Assembly (NCBI GenBank): GCA_963735035.1
Contig: CAVTJJ010000005.1
Location: 32,001-96,000 of the forward strand
Length of the DNA stretch: 64,000 bases
Reading direction: 5' to 3'
Origin: an uncultured candidate division Zixibacteria bacterium
Lineage (GTDB): Bacteria; Zixibacteria; MSB-5A5; GN15; FEB-12
Shown: positions 31,402-41,206 of the stretch, piece by piece
Numbering within the stretch: the stretch's first letter is position 1
Layout: each line of letters opens with the position of its first letter
Position numbers and translations under genes: made by a program
Notes under the pieces: generated by a model
Database searches by the model: none
What the model was told of the DNA's origin: nothing
The model's input: only the letters and a program-made list of their open reading frames with translations

Positions 31402-32145
31402 ATGCTCAAGAAGATCCTGCTGGCTATCGCCACACTAATCGTAGTCGTACTCGTGACCGCCTATTTCGTCCGCAATGTGCTGGTCAAGAAAGCGGTCGAG
31501 AAGGGTTCCACTTACGCCCTCGGTGTCGAAACCGATCTCGGTTCGGCCAATCTAGCCATCACCGGCGGCAGTCTCGAACTCAGCGACCTCAAGATTACTA
31601 ATCCAAAGGGTTTTTCCGCCACGGATTTCCTCACGTTACGTCGGGGCATGTTCAGTGTGGACGCCGGGTCAGTACTGGACGACGAAGTCGTGGTGGATTC
31701 GTTCATCATCGAAGGGATCACGCTGAATCTCGAACAGTCCGACCGAAAAGGGAATTTCCAGGAGTTGATGAACAACATCAAACGTCTGGATATGACCTCG
31801 TCCGGGCAATCTCAGAAATTCCGCATCGGTCTGATCGCAGTGCGGGACGTCAATGTCAACGGCTCGCTTAGCATACTCGGAAAGAAGTCCGAGAAATCGT
31901 TCAAGCTCGACAATTTTGCTCTGCGCGATGTTGGAAGCAGCAGTGGCGCGACGATCAGTCAGGTTACTTCGACTGTCGTGAAGGCGCTTGTCGCAAAAGC
32001 TCTGAGTGCCAAGGGGGGGCTGTTGCCGGACGGTTTAGGGAAGAACCTTTCCGAATTGAAAGAAGAGGGGATCGAAAAGGTTAAGACCGAGGCGACTGAC
32101 AAACTCAAGGACTTGGGCAAGTCGCTTACCGGGGGCAAGAAATAG
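31402..32145 (+). CDS. AsmA/DUF748-like membrane-anchored protein
   Basis: N-terminal TM anchor, L.ITNPKGF, beta-rich. Confidence 0.75.
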   Translation: MLKKILLAIATLIVVVLVTAYFVRNVLVKKAVEKGSTYALGVETDLGSANLAITGGSLELSDLKITNPKGFSATDFLTLRRGMFSVDAGSVLDDEVVVDSFIIEGITLNLEQSDRKGNFQELMNNIKRLDMTSSGQSQKFRIGLIAVRDVNVNGSLSILGKKSEKSFKLDNFALRDVGSSSGATISQVTSTVVKALVAKALSAKGGLLPDGLGKNLSELKEEGIEKVKTEATDKLKDLGKSLTGGKK

Positions 32146-32314
32146 TCGTTTGACCGTTTCAAACGAACTCGTCTCGACGTGCGTATCGCCCGTCAATCAG
32201 GCTATTGTGCAATAACATAGGTCTGGTAAAATTTGGGAACTTCTCTAATTGGCAACGCGGTTAATAGGGGAACGATTTAACGGCAATTCATTGCCGCAGC
32301 CATGAGGAGAAGAT

Positions 32315-32857
32315 ATGTCTGGAAAGAACAAGTCCAACGGAGCATCAGCCGAAAGGGAATTCGTTATCAGCCGCGTGCTCGATGCCACTCGCGATCGGGT
32401 CTACCGGGCCTGGACCGACCCAAGCGTGTTGTCCCAATGGTGGGGGCCCAGGGGTTACACCAATCCGGTTTGTGAAACCGACTTGCGCCCCGGCGGCGTC
32501 TGGCGAATCACAATGCGCTCCCCTGAGGGGGTTGAATACCCGATCAAGGGCGTCTATCGCGAGGTTGTTGAGGGAAGGCGTCTCGTCCTCGTCGAAGATT
32601 GGAAAGATCACCCGGTCGAATTTCTCGAAACGATTCGCAAGGCGGTCGGCGGTAATCCCACGACGGAGGCGCTCAACACCGTGACCTTCGACGAGCACGG
32701 CAGCAAGACGAAGCTGACTATTCGTACCCATTTCGAAACGCCGGCTGTTCGTGACGCCATGGTGAAGATGGGCATGAACGACGGCTGGAGCCAGAGCCTG
32801 GATCGACTTGAAGAACAATTGGTGCGGATGGCGACCAAGAAAGAGTCCGTCCGCTAG
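32315..32857 (+). CDS. SRPBCC (AHSA1-like) domain protein
   Basis: VYRAWTDP....WWGP, DLRPGG.W, GWSQSLDRL. Confidence 0.92.
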   Translation: MSGKNKSNGASAEREFVISRVLDATRDRVYRAWTDPSVLSQWWGPRGYTNPVCETDLRPGGVWRITMRSPEGVEYPIKGVYREVVEGRRLVLVEDWKDHPVEFLETIRKAVGGNPTTEALNTVTFDEHGSKTKLTIRTHFETPAVRDAMVKMGMNDGWSQSLDRLEEQLVRMATKKESVR

Positions 32858-32878
32858 ACTCATAGCCAGGGGGCAACT

Positions 32879-33292
32879 ACGAAATCGACCAGTATAACCG
32901 GGCAATGGTCCACATGGGCGCCTCGCCTCCAGAGTGTGTTGCGCATAATGGCCGCATTCATGTTCATGGAAGTGGGCTCGATGAAGCTCTTTGCATTCCC
33001 TATGGGAATGCCTCCTGACGGCGCTACCGCTCAATTGCTCACCCAAATAGGTGTGGGCGGCGTGCTGGAGTTCTTTGGTGGTGGGTTGCTATTGCTGGGT
33101 CTGTTCACCCGTCCAGTAGCGTTTATCCTCGCGGGTGAAATGGCGGTGGCATATTTCCAGTTCCACTTCCCGAAGAGTTTCTGGCCGTCCATCAACGGTG
33201 GTGGCGAAGCCGTGCTGTATTGTTTCGTGTGGCTCTATTTCTCTGCGGCCGGCGCCGGGCCGTGGAGCCTGGACGCTTTGCGGCGGAAGTGA
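32879..33292 (+). CDS. DoxX family membrane protein
   Basis: LLLLGLFTRPVAFILAGEMAVAYF, GAGPWSLD; an SD-linked in-frame ACG at 32879, first canonical start GTG at 32936. Confidence 0.88.
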   Translation, partial: TKSTSITGQWSTWAPRLQSVLRIMAAFMFMEVGSMKLFAFPMGMPPDGATAQLLTQIGVGGVLEFFGGGLLLLGLFTRPVAFILAGEMAVAYFQFHFPKSFWPSINGGGEAVLYCFVWLYFSAAGAGPWSLDALRRK

Positions 33293-33337
33293 CCTGGGCG
33301 CGATCACACGGGATAGCGTACGTCGGTGGCGAAAGGT

Positions 33338-33521
33338 TGTGTCAGGTCCTGTCACCGGCCCACCGGAGGTGGGGTGGGGATGTGACCTGACACTACCACT
33401 ACCACTCATTTGCATCGAGAGGTGTCAGTTCACACGCCCCCGATTAGAATCGGGGGCGCAGGAACTGACACAACATTGTCTACCCCTTCTGAAGGGGCAG
33501 ACCAGGAGGTCTGCTGCCCAC
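33338..33521. repeat. REP-like cluster
   Basis: gtgtcaggtc...gacctgacac, gtgtcagtt..cccccgattagaatcggggg..aactgacac, ggcagaccaggaggtctgc. Confidence 0.8.
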
Positions 33522-33540
33522 GTAATAGAATACTGTCTAC

Positions 33541-35733
33541 CTACTTCTGGTGGAAGGCTCGGCCGGTCGGTTTTAGATTCAATTCCTGCACCAAAGCATC
33601 CAGATGATAAACACGATCCACTATGAACATGACATACCGGATGTCAACCCCGATGGTGCGCGTAACTGATTCATTGAAGAGATAATCCGACGCGACCCCT
33701 TCCCAGTTACCGTCGAAAGCGACGCCCACCAATTTACCTTCGCCGTTGATCATCGGGCTGCCGGAATTGCCGCCGGTGATGTCATTGGTGGTGAGGAAAT
33801 CAACCGGGATATCCTTGGCAACGGCGTCGACCCATGAGCCAAAGTCCTTGTCGCTGTACGCTTGTCCCAGTGAATCCGGCACGATGAACGGATCCTTGCC
33901 GGTTTCTTTCTCGATCACACCACGCAAGCTGGTGATGTAGAAATAGTCAACCGCATCGCGCGGGGAGTAGCTTTGCACTTGTCCGTAGCTGAGCCGCATC
34001 GTGCCGTTGGCGTCGGGATACATAGCGGCCTGTTTCCATTCCGCCAACGCCTGTACCAGCAGCGGGGTGAGGCGAGTCTCGGCGCCGGAGAAGGTCTTAC
34101 CACGCTCGCGGACGACGTCGTTCTCAGGCTTGAGGTCTCGCGCAAGATTGATGAAGGCATCGCCCAATTTGTCCAGTTGCGCGCGAGTCATCGCGAACAT
34201 CGCGACACGATCATTGGCATTGCCAATTTTGGTATTGGCATACCAGATCTCGATCATGTCTTTGGTGGTTGTGCCACGCTTGGACGCGTCACTCAGCAGT
34301 GTTGTAATCGGATCGATTTGCTGATCTGTCGGAAGCTTTCCAGCTTCTCCAAGAAAGTATGCCAGAACGATCTTGTCGACTTCCGGAACAAGATTAATCT
34401 GGGCATTCTGGAGCCGTTCCCTGGCGGTCAGCGTGTCGCGACTCTGGAAACCGCGGTCGCGTTCGAGATCGGGCTTCTCGCGTTCACACGCCCAGCGATA
34501 GATCGTGTTGGCAAGGCTCAGATAGTCACACGCCCGTATCATGCGACCCAGCATGAAATCATGCGCTTGGACTTTGGCGTTGGCTTTGTACAAGCTGTCC
34601 AATTCGGGCAACACGCGGCCGTATTTGGCCTGCAGCGTCTTGTCTTTCGCGAGGAATTCGGTAAGCTGGCGTTCGGATTCGCGCTTCTGGGCGAGCGTGC
34701 TGCTCTTCTGGAATCCTTCCATCGTGCCGTAGCTCTTCTTGAGACCATTATTGAGGCCCGCGAGGTCAGAGGATAGACGGAGCCCGATAGCCGAGTCGTT
34801 CTTGCCGGCGGCATCCATGATGGCAATGATGTCTTCGTTCGCCTTGATCGACGCCGGGTAGGAGTAATTGATCTTGCTGGCGAGTTCATAGGAGCTGATG
34901 TGACGCGAGGTGGTTCCGGGGAAGCCGATAGTCATCACGAAGTCGCCTTCTTTGTAGCCGTTCGTCTCTATTGGAAGAAACACTTTCGGTTTGTAAGGGA
35001 TGTTGTTGGGTGAGAAGTCGGCCGGAGTGCCGTCAGGGGCGACATAGGCCCGCAGGAACGAGAAGTCACCCGTGTGACGGGGCCACATCCAGTTGTCGAT
35101 ATCGCCGCCGTAGTTGCCGATAGCGTCCGGCGGGATGTAGACCATGCGGATGTCGCGAATCTCGAGCGTGGTATAGAGCATGTACTGCTTGCCGCCGAAC
35201 ATCGCAGCCACTCGCGCCTTGATGGCGCGCCCTTTTTCGGTCTCGCGCACCAATTGCTTGGTATTCTTGTCGATCGTCTTGTATCGCAGGAGTGGCGGCA
35301 TGGCGTCCTTGACGCCTTTGAGAATCTTGGTGGTGACATCCTGAATAGAAAGCGTCACGTAGACTTTGTACCCGATAGCGGAAAGTTCCTTGTCGCGCGT
35401 CGGGGCGTAGAAACCGTTCTGGAGATAATTGTGCTCGACCGAACTCTGCTCCTGGACGGCGTCGAAGGCGACATGGTGATTGGTGATGACTAATCCGTCC
35501 GCGGATACAAACGAGCCGGTGGCTCCGCCGACCTGCACCACGGCGTCGGATAAACCGGAGCCGGAGGTGTTGTAGATCTGCTGGGGCTGGAGTTTGAGGC
35601 CGCGCGTCCGAAGGTAGTCCATCGGAAGTTGATCGACACTGTAGAGGGGCCACATGCCTTCGTCGGCCAGAAGCATGGCGGGAAGGATGAGGGTGGTGCA
35701 CAGAACGAGAAGGGTGCTACGCAGAGCGTTCAT
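33541..35733 (-). CDS. S46 family dipeptidyl peptidase
   Basis: ADEGMW, TNHH, DNWMWPRHTGDFS, DITGGNSGSP. Confidence 0.95.
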   Translation of the reverse strand: MNALRSTLLVLCTTLILPAMLLADEGMWPLYSVDQLPMDYLRTRGLKLQPQQIYNTSGSGLSDAVVQVGGATGSFVSADGLVITNHHVAFDAVQEQSSVEHNYLQNGFYAPTRDKELSAIGYKVYVTLSIQDVTTKILKGVKDAMPPLLRYKTIDKNTKQLVRETEKGRAIKARVAAMFGGKQYMLYTTLEIRDIRMVYIPPDAIGNYGGDIDNWMWPRHTGDFSFLRAYVAPDGTPADFSPNNIPYKPKVFLPIETNGYKEGDFVMTIGFPGTTSRHISSYELASKINYSYPASIKANEDIIAIMDAAGKNDSAIGLRLSSDLAGLNNGLKKSYGTMEGFQKSSTLAQKRESERQLTEFLAKDKTLQAKYGRVLPELDSLYKANAKVQAHDFMLGRMIRACDYLSLANTIYRWACEREKPDLERDRGFQSRDTLTARERLQNAQINLVPEVDKIVLAYFLGEAGKLPTDQQIDPITTLLSDASKRGTTTKDMIEIWYANTKIGNANDRVAMFAMTRAQLDKLGDAFINLARDLKPENDVVRERGKTFSGAETRLTPLLVQALAEWKQAAMYPDANGTMRLSYGQVQSYSPRDAVDYFYITSLRGVIEKETGKDPFIVPDSLGQAYSDKDFGSWVDAVAKDIPVDFLTTNDITGGNSGSPMINGEGKLVGVAFDGNWEGVASDYLFNESVTRTIGVDIRYVMFIVDRVYHLDALVQELNLKPTGRAFHQK

Positions 35734-35937
35734 CGAGTGATCTCCTTAGCTGCAAGACACGGTGTGAACGCTGGCGTGTGGTGGATCGGTGGTGTCGATC
35801 ACCCGTTTGTCCGCTGGTTAGAGCCTACTATTCCGGCGGGAACATAGGCCAAACCCGGCCAGATTACAAGGGCAAAGTGCGGGGGGACTTCTAAACTTAT
35901 CGCGGGATAAGGCAACAGGCCGCCGAACTCATGCTCG

Positions 35938-36855
35938 TCAATTGGTCTGTCCTCCGGGATTGATAACGAGCGTATCCTCAATTGCGAAGCCTCGCACTGA
36001 CGGCGTATCGGGGGGGATGACGATCTTGAGAATCCTTCCAGGGATAACATCAATCGTTCTTGTGTAAGTGGATTCATAACGAACCTGCGGATTTGCGGGG
36101 GTGTAGCCATAGTGTAGGGTATCAATGGCATAGGTGCGAACAAATGTCAGAGTGCTGGTAGTTGGCTTGTTGATATCTGCAATGCCATCAGAAAATCGTA
36201 TGTCCGCGGTATATTCCACTGCCTGACTGGCTGCGTCATCTACCGGGATGCTGAAGGATGTGCTGATTGGCTTTCGAATACCTGCAAGTTCCCTTCCTGC
36301 GCCATGTGTGCCGAGTACTTTGCCGTTGTGATAGCTGACACTTGTCAGTTTCATCTGCTGTGGTTCGCAGGCAGATTCTCTGACCGGCCTGGTGTCACGA
36401 ATTGTAGTGCGAAGCACGATCTCCCGGCCGTCACGAATTCGGCCAAGGTCCAAGTCTATTGGTTCGTTCAAGACAATCGGTCGATCAAGGATCAATCGTC
36501 TGCCGGTTTCGATGCTGTCCTGGTTGGATATACGCAGGTTGAGCATTGTGCCGGTCAGTCTCAACTGTGAAGCGGAGCCGCCAAGCAAAAGGTGAAAGCA
36601 GCACTCGGTACCCGCTCTTGGAAGCGTAGAGGTCGAAATTATAGCCCCAGTTGATCCGTGTTCACCGCCGTCGGTCCAATAGAACGCGCCGCTAGCGATG
36701 GTGGAAAAAGATATTGACTGACTTCGCCAGGAGCCGGCGTCTACTAGTTGACCTTCGACCTTACTCATAGCCTGCAACTCTACATAATATTGCTGGGCCG
36801 CAGTAGAAGTACTGAGCCAGAGTAAGGCACTTACGAAGAGAATGAATTGTTTCAT
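35938..36855 (-). CDS. Secreted hypothetical protein
   Basis: Signal peptide; SD; co-oriented with the ECF pair. Confidence 0.75.
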   Translation of the reverse strand: MKQFILFVSALLWLSTSTAAQQYYVELQAMSKVEGQLVDAGSWRSQSISFSTIASGAFYWTDGGEHGSTGAIISTSTLPRAGTECCFHLLLGGSASQLRLTGTMLNLRISNQDSIETGRRLILDRPIVLNEPIDLDLGRIRDGREIVLRTTIRDTRPVRESACEPQQMKLTSVSYHNGKVLGTHGAGRELAGIRKPISTSFSIPVDDAASQAVEYTADIRFSDGIADINKPTTSTLTFVRTYAIDTLHYGYTPANPQVRYESTYTRTIDVIPGRILKIVIPPDTPSVRGFAIEDTLVINPGGQTN

Positions 36856-36871
36856 AACACGCCCCCTATTG

Positions 36872-37294
36872 CTAAGGTTGAGTTCTTGTCGGAGATGTTA
36901 GTGTTGCGCTGTTAGGCGTCAACTTTATGATGTCAATCTGTTCAGTGGCGACATATTGGTCAATGGTCGAGTTGGTGCTGGACGAATTCTGAGAGCGAAG
37001 CTGTGCCAGCCAGGTTGCGAGAAGGAGCAGAATCCCCGCCGCTATGGTGGGAACGGGGACCGCGATCTTGCGCCGCCACCACGGCGTTGAAGGTCGATGG
37101 GACTGCAACGGTTGCGAAGATGATTGCATAGGCAGCGAGCTGACCTCTTCTCGCAATCGGGTTGCTGCGTCCAGAAACGCGCGACACGCCGCACACTCGG
37201 AAAGATGTTGATCCAGCTTGACCAGTACGTCTGGCGACAGCGGCTCGTCAAGATTGTCCGATATCAGACGTTGATACTCATCACATCTATACAT
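36872..37294 (-). CDS. Zinc-finger (zf-HC2/ZAS) anti-sigma factor
   Basis: HLSECAAC (HxxxCxxC) and a single TM; the start overlaps the sigma stop. Confidence 0.88.
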   Translation of the reverse strand: MYRCDEYQRLISDNLDEPLSPDVLVKLDQHLSECAACRAFLDAATRLREEVSSLPMQSSSQPLQSHRPSTPWWRRKIAVPVPTIAAGILLLLATWLAQLRSQNSSSTNSTIDQYVATEQIDIIKLTPNSATLTSPTRTQP

Positions 37295-37817
37295 TTGTGT
37301 GCCTCTCGTTCTCATGGATGCTCTTGCGGATGCGATATAGACGTACCCGGATGTTTTCCGGAGACTGATCCAGCATGGTAGCAAGTTCGCTGATGCTAAA
37401 CCCCTGATGTTCTCGTAGCAGCAACAGCTCCCGATCTTCTGCCGCGAGCCGAGATAGAATTCCGCTTATTCGGAGACTTAGATCAGGCTTACTCTTTTCA
37501 ACGAGATAGACCTCTGGGATTTCTTCGATAGACCGATGCGGATTCTCTCGCGATAGGTTCAGGAGCAAATTGCGCGCGGTGATAAAGAGCCAGCTTCGAA
37601 CCGAGCGCGTGATTGTTCCGTTCTTTCGCTGAGCGAGAAGTCTCAAGAATGATTCCTGAACTACTTCTTCGCTGGTCGCACGATTGCCGCTCTGATACAG
37701 GCAAAATGAGAAGAGCCGAGGGTTGAGCCGGGTGAAGATACGCTCCATAGCGGCGTTGTCTCCGTCGCAGAATGCTTGCCAGTCCTGAAGGTCAGTTGAT
37801 TCCATTTCCTGTCTCAC
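37287..37817 (-). CDS. ECF RNA polymerase sigma factor
   Basis: EEVVQESFLRL, SWLF.TARN, ENIRVRLYR. Confidence 0.92.
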   Translation of the reverse strand: MRQEMESTDLQDWQAFCDGDNAAMERIFTRLNPRLFSFCLYQSGNRATSEEVVQESFLRLLAQRKNGTITRSVRSWLFITARNLLLNLSRENPHRSIEEIPEVYLVEKSKPDLSLRISGILSRLAAEDRELLLLREHQGFSISELATMLDQSPENIRVRLYRIRKSIHENERHTNV

Positions 37818-37823
37818 GAAAGT

Positions 37824-37852
37824 GAAGACACATGAGATCAGAGAATGTTACA
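37824..37852 (-). promoter_or_regulatory. ECF-type autoregulatory promoter
   Basis: TGTAAC-N17-GTCTTC directly upstream of the sigma gene. Confidence 0.55.
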
Positions 37853-38193
37853 CAGGAAAGGTTGTTGATGCAACTACTGGCGCGGCTGGCCCCGCCCTGC
37901 GGGTGGGTCAGCTACATCAAGTAGTCACATAACGTACTGCCGCATAGCCCGTTGCTACATCCGATAGACGTCCGATTCCGCTACATCTCCGGGCAATGTA
38001 TCAATTCGCACTTACCACCGCTGGGGGAAACTTGTAACTCATTTGGAACGAGCCTATCCCTAAACGGGTTCAATCAAAGGTCGTATTTCTGATGAGTAAA
38101 TCTGGCCGCTGAAAGTGATACAATCCTTTCGAAACTATTTCTCTGCCACAATCGTCAAACTCCCGAGGCACTCATGTTTGGAAACAAACCGCT

Positions 38194-38979
38194 ATGAATA
38201 AGGTCGCACAGGTAACTGTCGCCTTCTGGATCATGAAGATCTGCGCGACCACGCTCGGTGAAACGGCGGGGGACCTCATGTCGATGACCCTGGACATAGG
38301 GTACACCATCAGTTCGATCATTCTCCTCGCCGTATTCTTGATCTGTTTGGTGACTCAGCTTCGCACGAGCAAGTTTCACCCGCTTCTATTCTGGACCGTA
38401 ATCCTCACAACCAGCACCGCCGGCACTACGATGTCTGACTTCATGGATCGAACCCTCGGGCTGGGGTATGCGAAAGGTTCGCTGATCCTTGTAATGATTT
38501 TAGTCGCGGTTCTCATAGTGTGGCGGTTCAGCGAAAAATCGCTCTCGGTCAATAACATCACGACCACCAAAGCCGAGTTGTTCTACTGGGCGGCCATATT
38601 GGCGTCGAATACGCTGGGGACGGCTCTCGGCGACTATCTGGCCGACAGCTCCGGTCTGGGGTTCCTCGGTGGAGCCACGGTGATCGCGAGCGCGCTCGGA
38701 TTGGTCCTTTTTGCCACATATTTTACCCGACTCAATCGGGTCATGTTGTTCTGGGTGGCGTTTGTGCTGACACGTCCGTTCGGGGCCACTTTTGGCGACT
38801 TGCTGACCAAGTCGGTCGATCGGGGCGGTCTCGGTTTCGGGACAATCGGGTCATCGGCAGTCCTGGCCTTACTGCTGGTAGCGGTAGTCATTTATACGAC
38901 CATGACCGTGAAGAGTGTGGTTCCGGTCGCTGAGGTCGAAGTATTACTGCCCGAGGATTACGATCAACCTTCGGTGTAG
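38194..38979 (+). CDS. COG4705/DUF347-type membrane protein
   Basis: NKVAQVT..FWIMKICATTLGETAGD, repeated GT..GD motifs, FVLTRPFGATFGD. Confidence 0.88.
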   Translation: MNKVAQVTVAFWIMKICATTLGETAGDLMSMTLDIGYTISSIILLAVFLICLVTQLRTSKFHPLLFWTVILTTSTAGTTMSDFMDRTLGLGYAKGSLILVMILVAVLIVWRFSEKSLSVNNITTTKAELFYWAAILASNTLGTALGDYLADSSGLGFLGGATVIASALGLVLFATYFTRLNRVMLFWVAFVLTRPFGATFGDLLTKSVDRGGLGFGTIGSSAVLALLLVAVVIYTTMTVKSVVPVAEVEVLLPEDYDQPSV

Positions 38980-39015
38980 GTATTAGGCTGAGTGGTGTTG
39001 AAAGGCCCTTCGTCC

Positions 39016-39184
39016 GTCATCACGAGGCCCCGACTTGATCGGGGCCGTGGCGATCTCAAGGCAGGGTGAGTCCCCGGTCCGCCTCGGCGGATCCACTTCT
39101 GCCGGCTCGTAGCGGTGCAGTCAAATTGAGATTGCCGCGCTACGATGCCCCGCCTGGCGGCGGGCCATCTCCGCTCGCAATGAC
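39016..39184. repeat. Composite REP-like element
   Basis: GTCA-type pair enclosing a degenerate GTGC-type hairpin that carries a tccgcctcggcgga insert. Confidence 0.85.
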
Positions 39185-39237
39185 GGGGAGCGCATGGTGG
39201 CCTCGGGTGGGTTTCTTTTTTTGGAGTATCGCTCGCT

Positions 39238-40515
39238 TCACTCCGGCGCCGTCGTCAGCAAATCGTCCCAGCCGGTCGTGTAACGATTCGAATTGTAGTC
39301 CTGCTTCATCTTCCAGCTTCTTGTGCGGCCACTCGCTGACGGGCGAAGTGTGTCTGAGCCGTACTTGCCGTTGATCGCATCCACCGCTCGATACAGCCGC
39401 TCCTCCTTGTCGATATCCCTTCGGGCGAACAGGTCAATCTGCCGCGCCCGCGCCGGTGTAATCTGCCCCAGCTCAACCCCCGCCTTGATGTAGCGGTACC
39501 CCGGCTTGTACGCTTTCTCAACCGCGATCATGGCCAGCTTCACCAGGTCGCCGGTGGCGTTGGTCGACGGGTTCACCGAGACCGACACCGAGGCGCTGTA
39601 CTGGGGGTTTTGAGCAAAGACGTTGGTAGTAATGTACGCGGACAATTGCCCGGCCACCGACCGATCCTGGCGGAGTTTGGTCGCGGCAATGGTGACATGC
39701 ATGGAGATCGATTCCTTGAGGTCGGCCAGGTCGGTGACATACCGTCCGAACGAACGGGACGAAATGACATTCTTACGGGGCGCGAACATGGAGCGCAGTT
39801 CGATACATGATACCCCCCGAAGCTCCAGCACCGTCCGCAGTCCGGTGACACCGGCACGCTTGCGTATCACCGCATCGGGTAAACGCAGCAAATCAAGCGC
39901 GGTGTTGATGTTACGCTCGTACAGCCATCGGGCGATTTTCGGCCCGATCCCCCAAACGTCCTGAACCAGGGTAGCTTTGAGGATCGCATCCGGGTCGGGA
40001 CAGTCGGTCAGGTCGAAAACGTGGCCGGTGTCTTCGTGCGATTTCCCATATTCGGCAGCGATCTTGGCCAGGGTCTTGGTCGAGCCGATTCCGACCGTGA
40101 CCGGAATGCCCACGCGTTGCAGGACTTCCTTGCGGATCAGGCGACCGGTCTCGGCGCCGTCGCCTTCGTAGAATCCGACAAAAGCTTCATCGATAGAGTA
40201 GAGATCGACTTTCGGCAGGTATTCGCGCAACACCTCCATGACGCGACCGGACATGTCGGCGTACAGGGTATAATTCGAGGAGAACACCTTGACGTCATTT
40301 TTGATGATCAGGTCCTTGACCTTGAAGTACGGTATGCCCATCCCGATCCCGAGAGCTTTGACTTCCTTGGAGCGTGCGACTATACAGCCGTCGTTGTTGG
40401 AGAGCACCACGGCGGGACGATTTTTCAACTGGGGTTGAAAAACCCGTTCGCAGGAGACATAGAAGGTGTCGCAATCGATGAGGCCGACGCGACTATCGGG
40501 TTTTCTTGATGACAT
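39238..40515 (-). CDS. umuC: Y-family DNA polymerase V subunit UmuC
   Basis: LIDCDTFYVSCERVF, VVLSNNDGC, SSNYTLY, YSIDEAF, YTT.WDDL. Confidence 0.95.
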   Translation of the reverse strand: MSSRKPDSRVGLIDCDTFYVSCERVFQPQLKNRPAVVLSNNDGCIVARSKEVKALGIGMGIPYFKVKDLIIKNDVKVFSSNYTLYADMSGRVMEVLREYLPKVDLYSIDEAFVGFYEGDGAETGRLIRKEVLQRVGIPVTVGIGSTKTLAKIAAEYGKSHEDTGHVFDLTDCPDPDAILKATLVQDVWGIGPKIARWLYERNINTALDLLRLPDAVIRKRAGVTGLRTVLELRGVSCIELRSMFAPRKNVISSRSFGRYVTDLADLKESISMHVTIAATKLRQDRSVAGQLSAYITTNVFAQNPQYSASVSVSVNPSTNATGDLVKLAMIAVEKAYKPGYRYIKAGVELGQITPARARQIDLFARRDIDKEERLYRAVDAINGKYGSDTLRPSASGRTRSWKMKQDYNSNRYTTGWDDLLTTAPE

Positions 40516-40894
40516 AGGTGACAACGCCCCAAATTACCGCGTCGGTAAGGTCGGCCAGAGGGATCGGCGCGTAGTCGGGGTTGTCGGCGTGCAGGGCCGC
40601 GACGTTCTTGATGATGCGGAGACGTTTGACGGTGAAATCGCCGTTGACGCAGGCGATGACAATGTCCCCGGTCTTGGGCTTGAAGGCACGATCAACAACC
40701 AAAAGATCACCGTCGAAAATCCCGGCGCCAATCATGGAGTCACCTTTCGCGCGGATGAAAAATGTCGCAGACGGGTGCGAGATGAGATGCGTGTTCAGGT
40801 CGAGCGGTCTTTCGGCGTAGTCCGACGCGGGTGAGGGAAAACCGGCCGGCACCGACGATTCGATAAGGACCGAATGTTTCTTTGTGGTCGCCAT
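40493..40894 (-). CDS. umuD: UmuD (S24 autopeptidase)
   Basis: VPAG/FPSPA cleavage site, GDSM Ser and TVKRL Lys. Confidence 0.95.
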   Translation of the reverse strand: MATTKKHSVLIESSVPAGFPSPASDYAERPLDLNTHLISHPSATFFIRAKGDSMIGAGIFDGDLLVVDRAFKPKTGDIVIACVNGDFTVKRLRIIKNVAALHADNPDYAPIPLADLTDAVIWGVVTYVIKKTR

Positions 40895-40978
40895 ACCGGC
40901 AAGGTACGGCGGGCCGCCGCCGGGGGAATCACTTGTGTGTCACATTAACGAGGGTATGTTGACGACGTTCACCCAGAC

Positions 40979-41171
40979 GTCATTGCGAGCGGAGCCGACC
41001 CGCCGTAAGGCGGGTCAGCGTAGCGTGGCAATCTCAAAGTAAAGTGGGCGGCACACTGCCTGCCCCCGACTTGATCGGGGGTCCTCGTGTGCCCCAAATC
41101 AGGGGCAGACCAGGAGGTCTGCCGCCCACGAAATAGGCACGAGCCGGCAGATGTGGACATCTGCCGGGCAC
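40979..41171. repeat. REP-like cluster between SRAP and umuD
   Basis: GTCA-, GTGG- and GTGC-type hairpins; nested cccccgacttgatcggggg. Confidence 0.85.
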
Positions 41172-41206
41172 ACTGCAACATTCGCGATGACAGGTTCAGG
41201 AGTTTT

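Noticed and set aside
38085..38140. Hammerhead ribozyme (CTGATGAG...GAAA)
   Set aside because: No stem II can form between the CTGATGA and either downstream GAAA.
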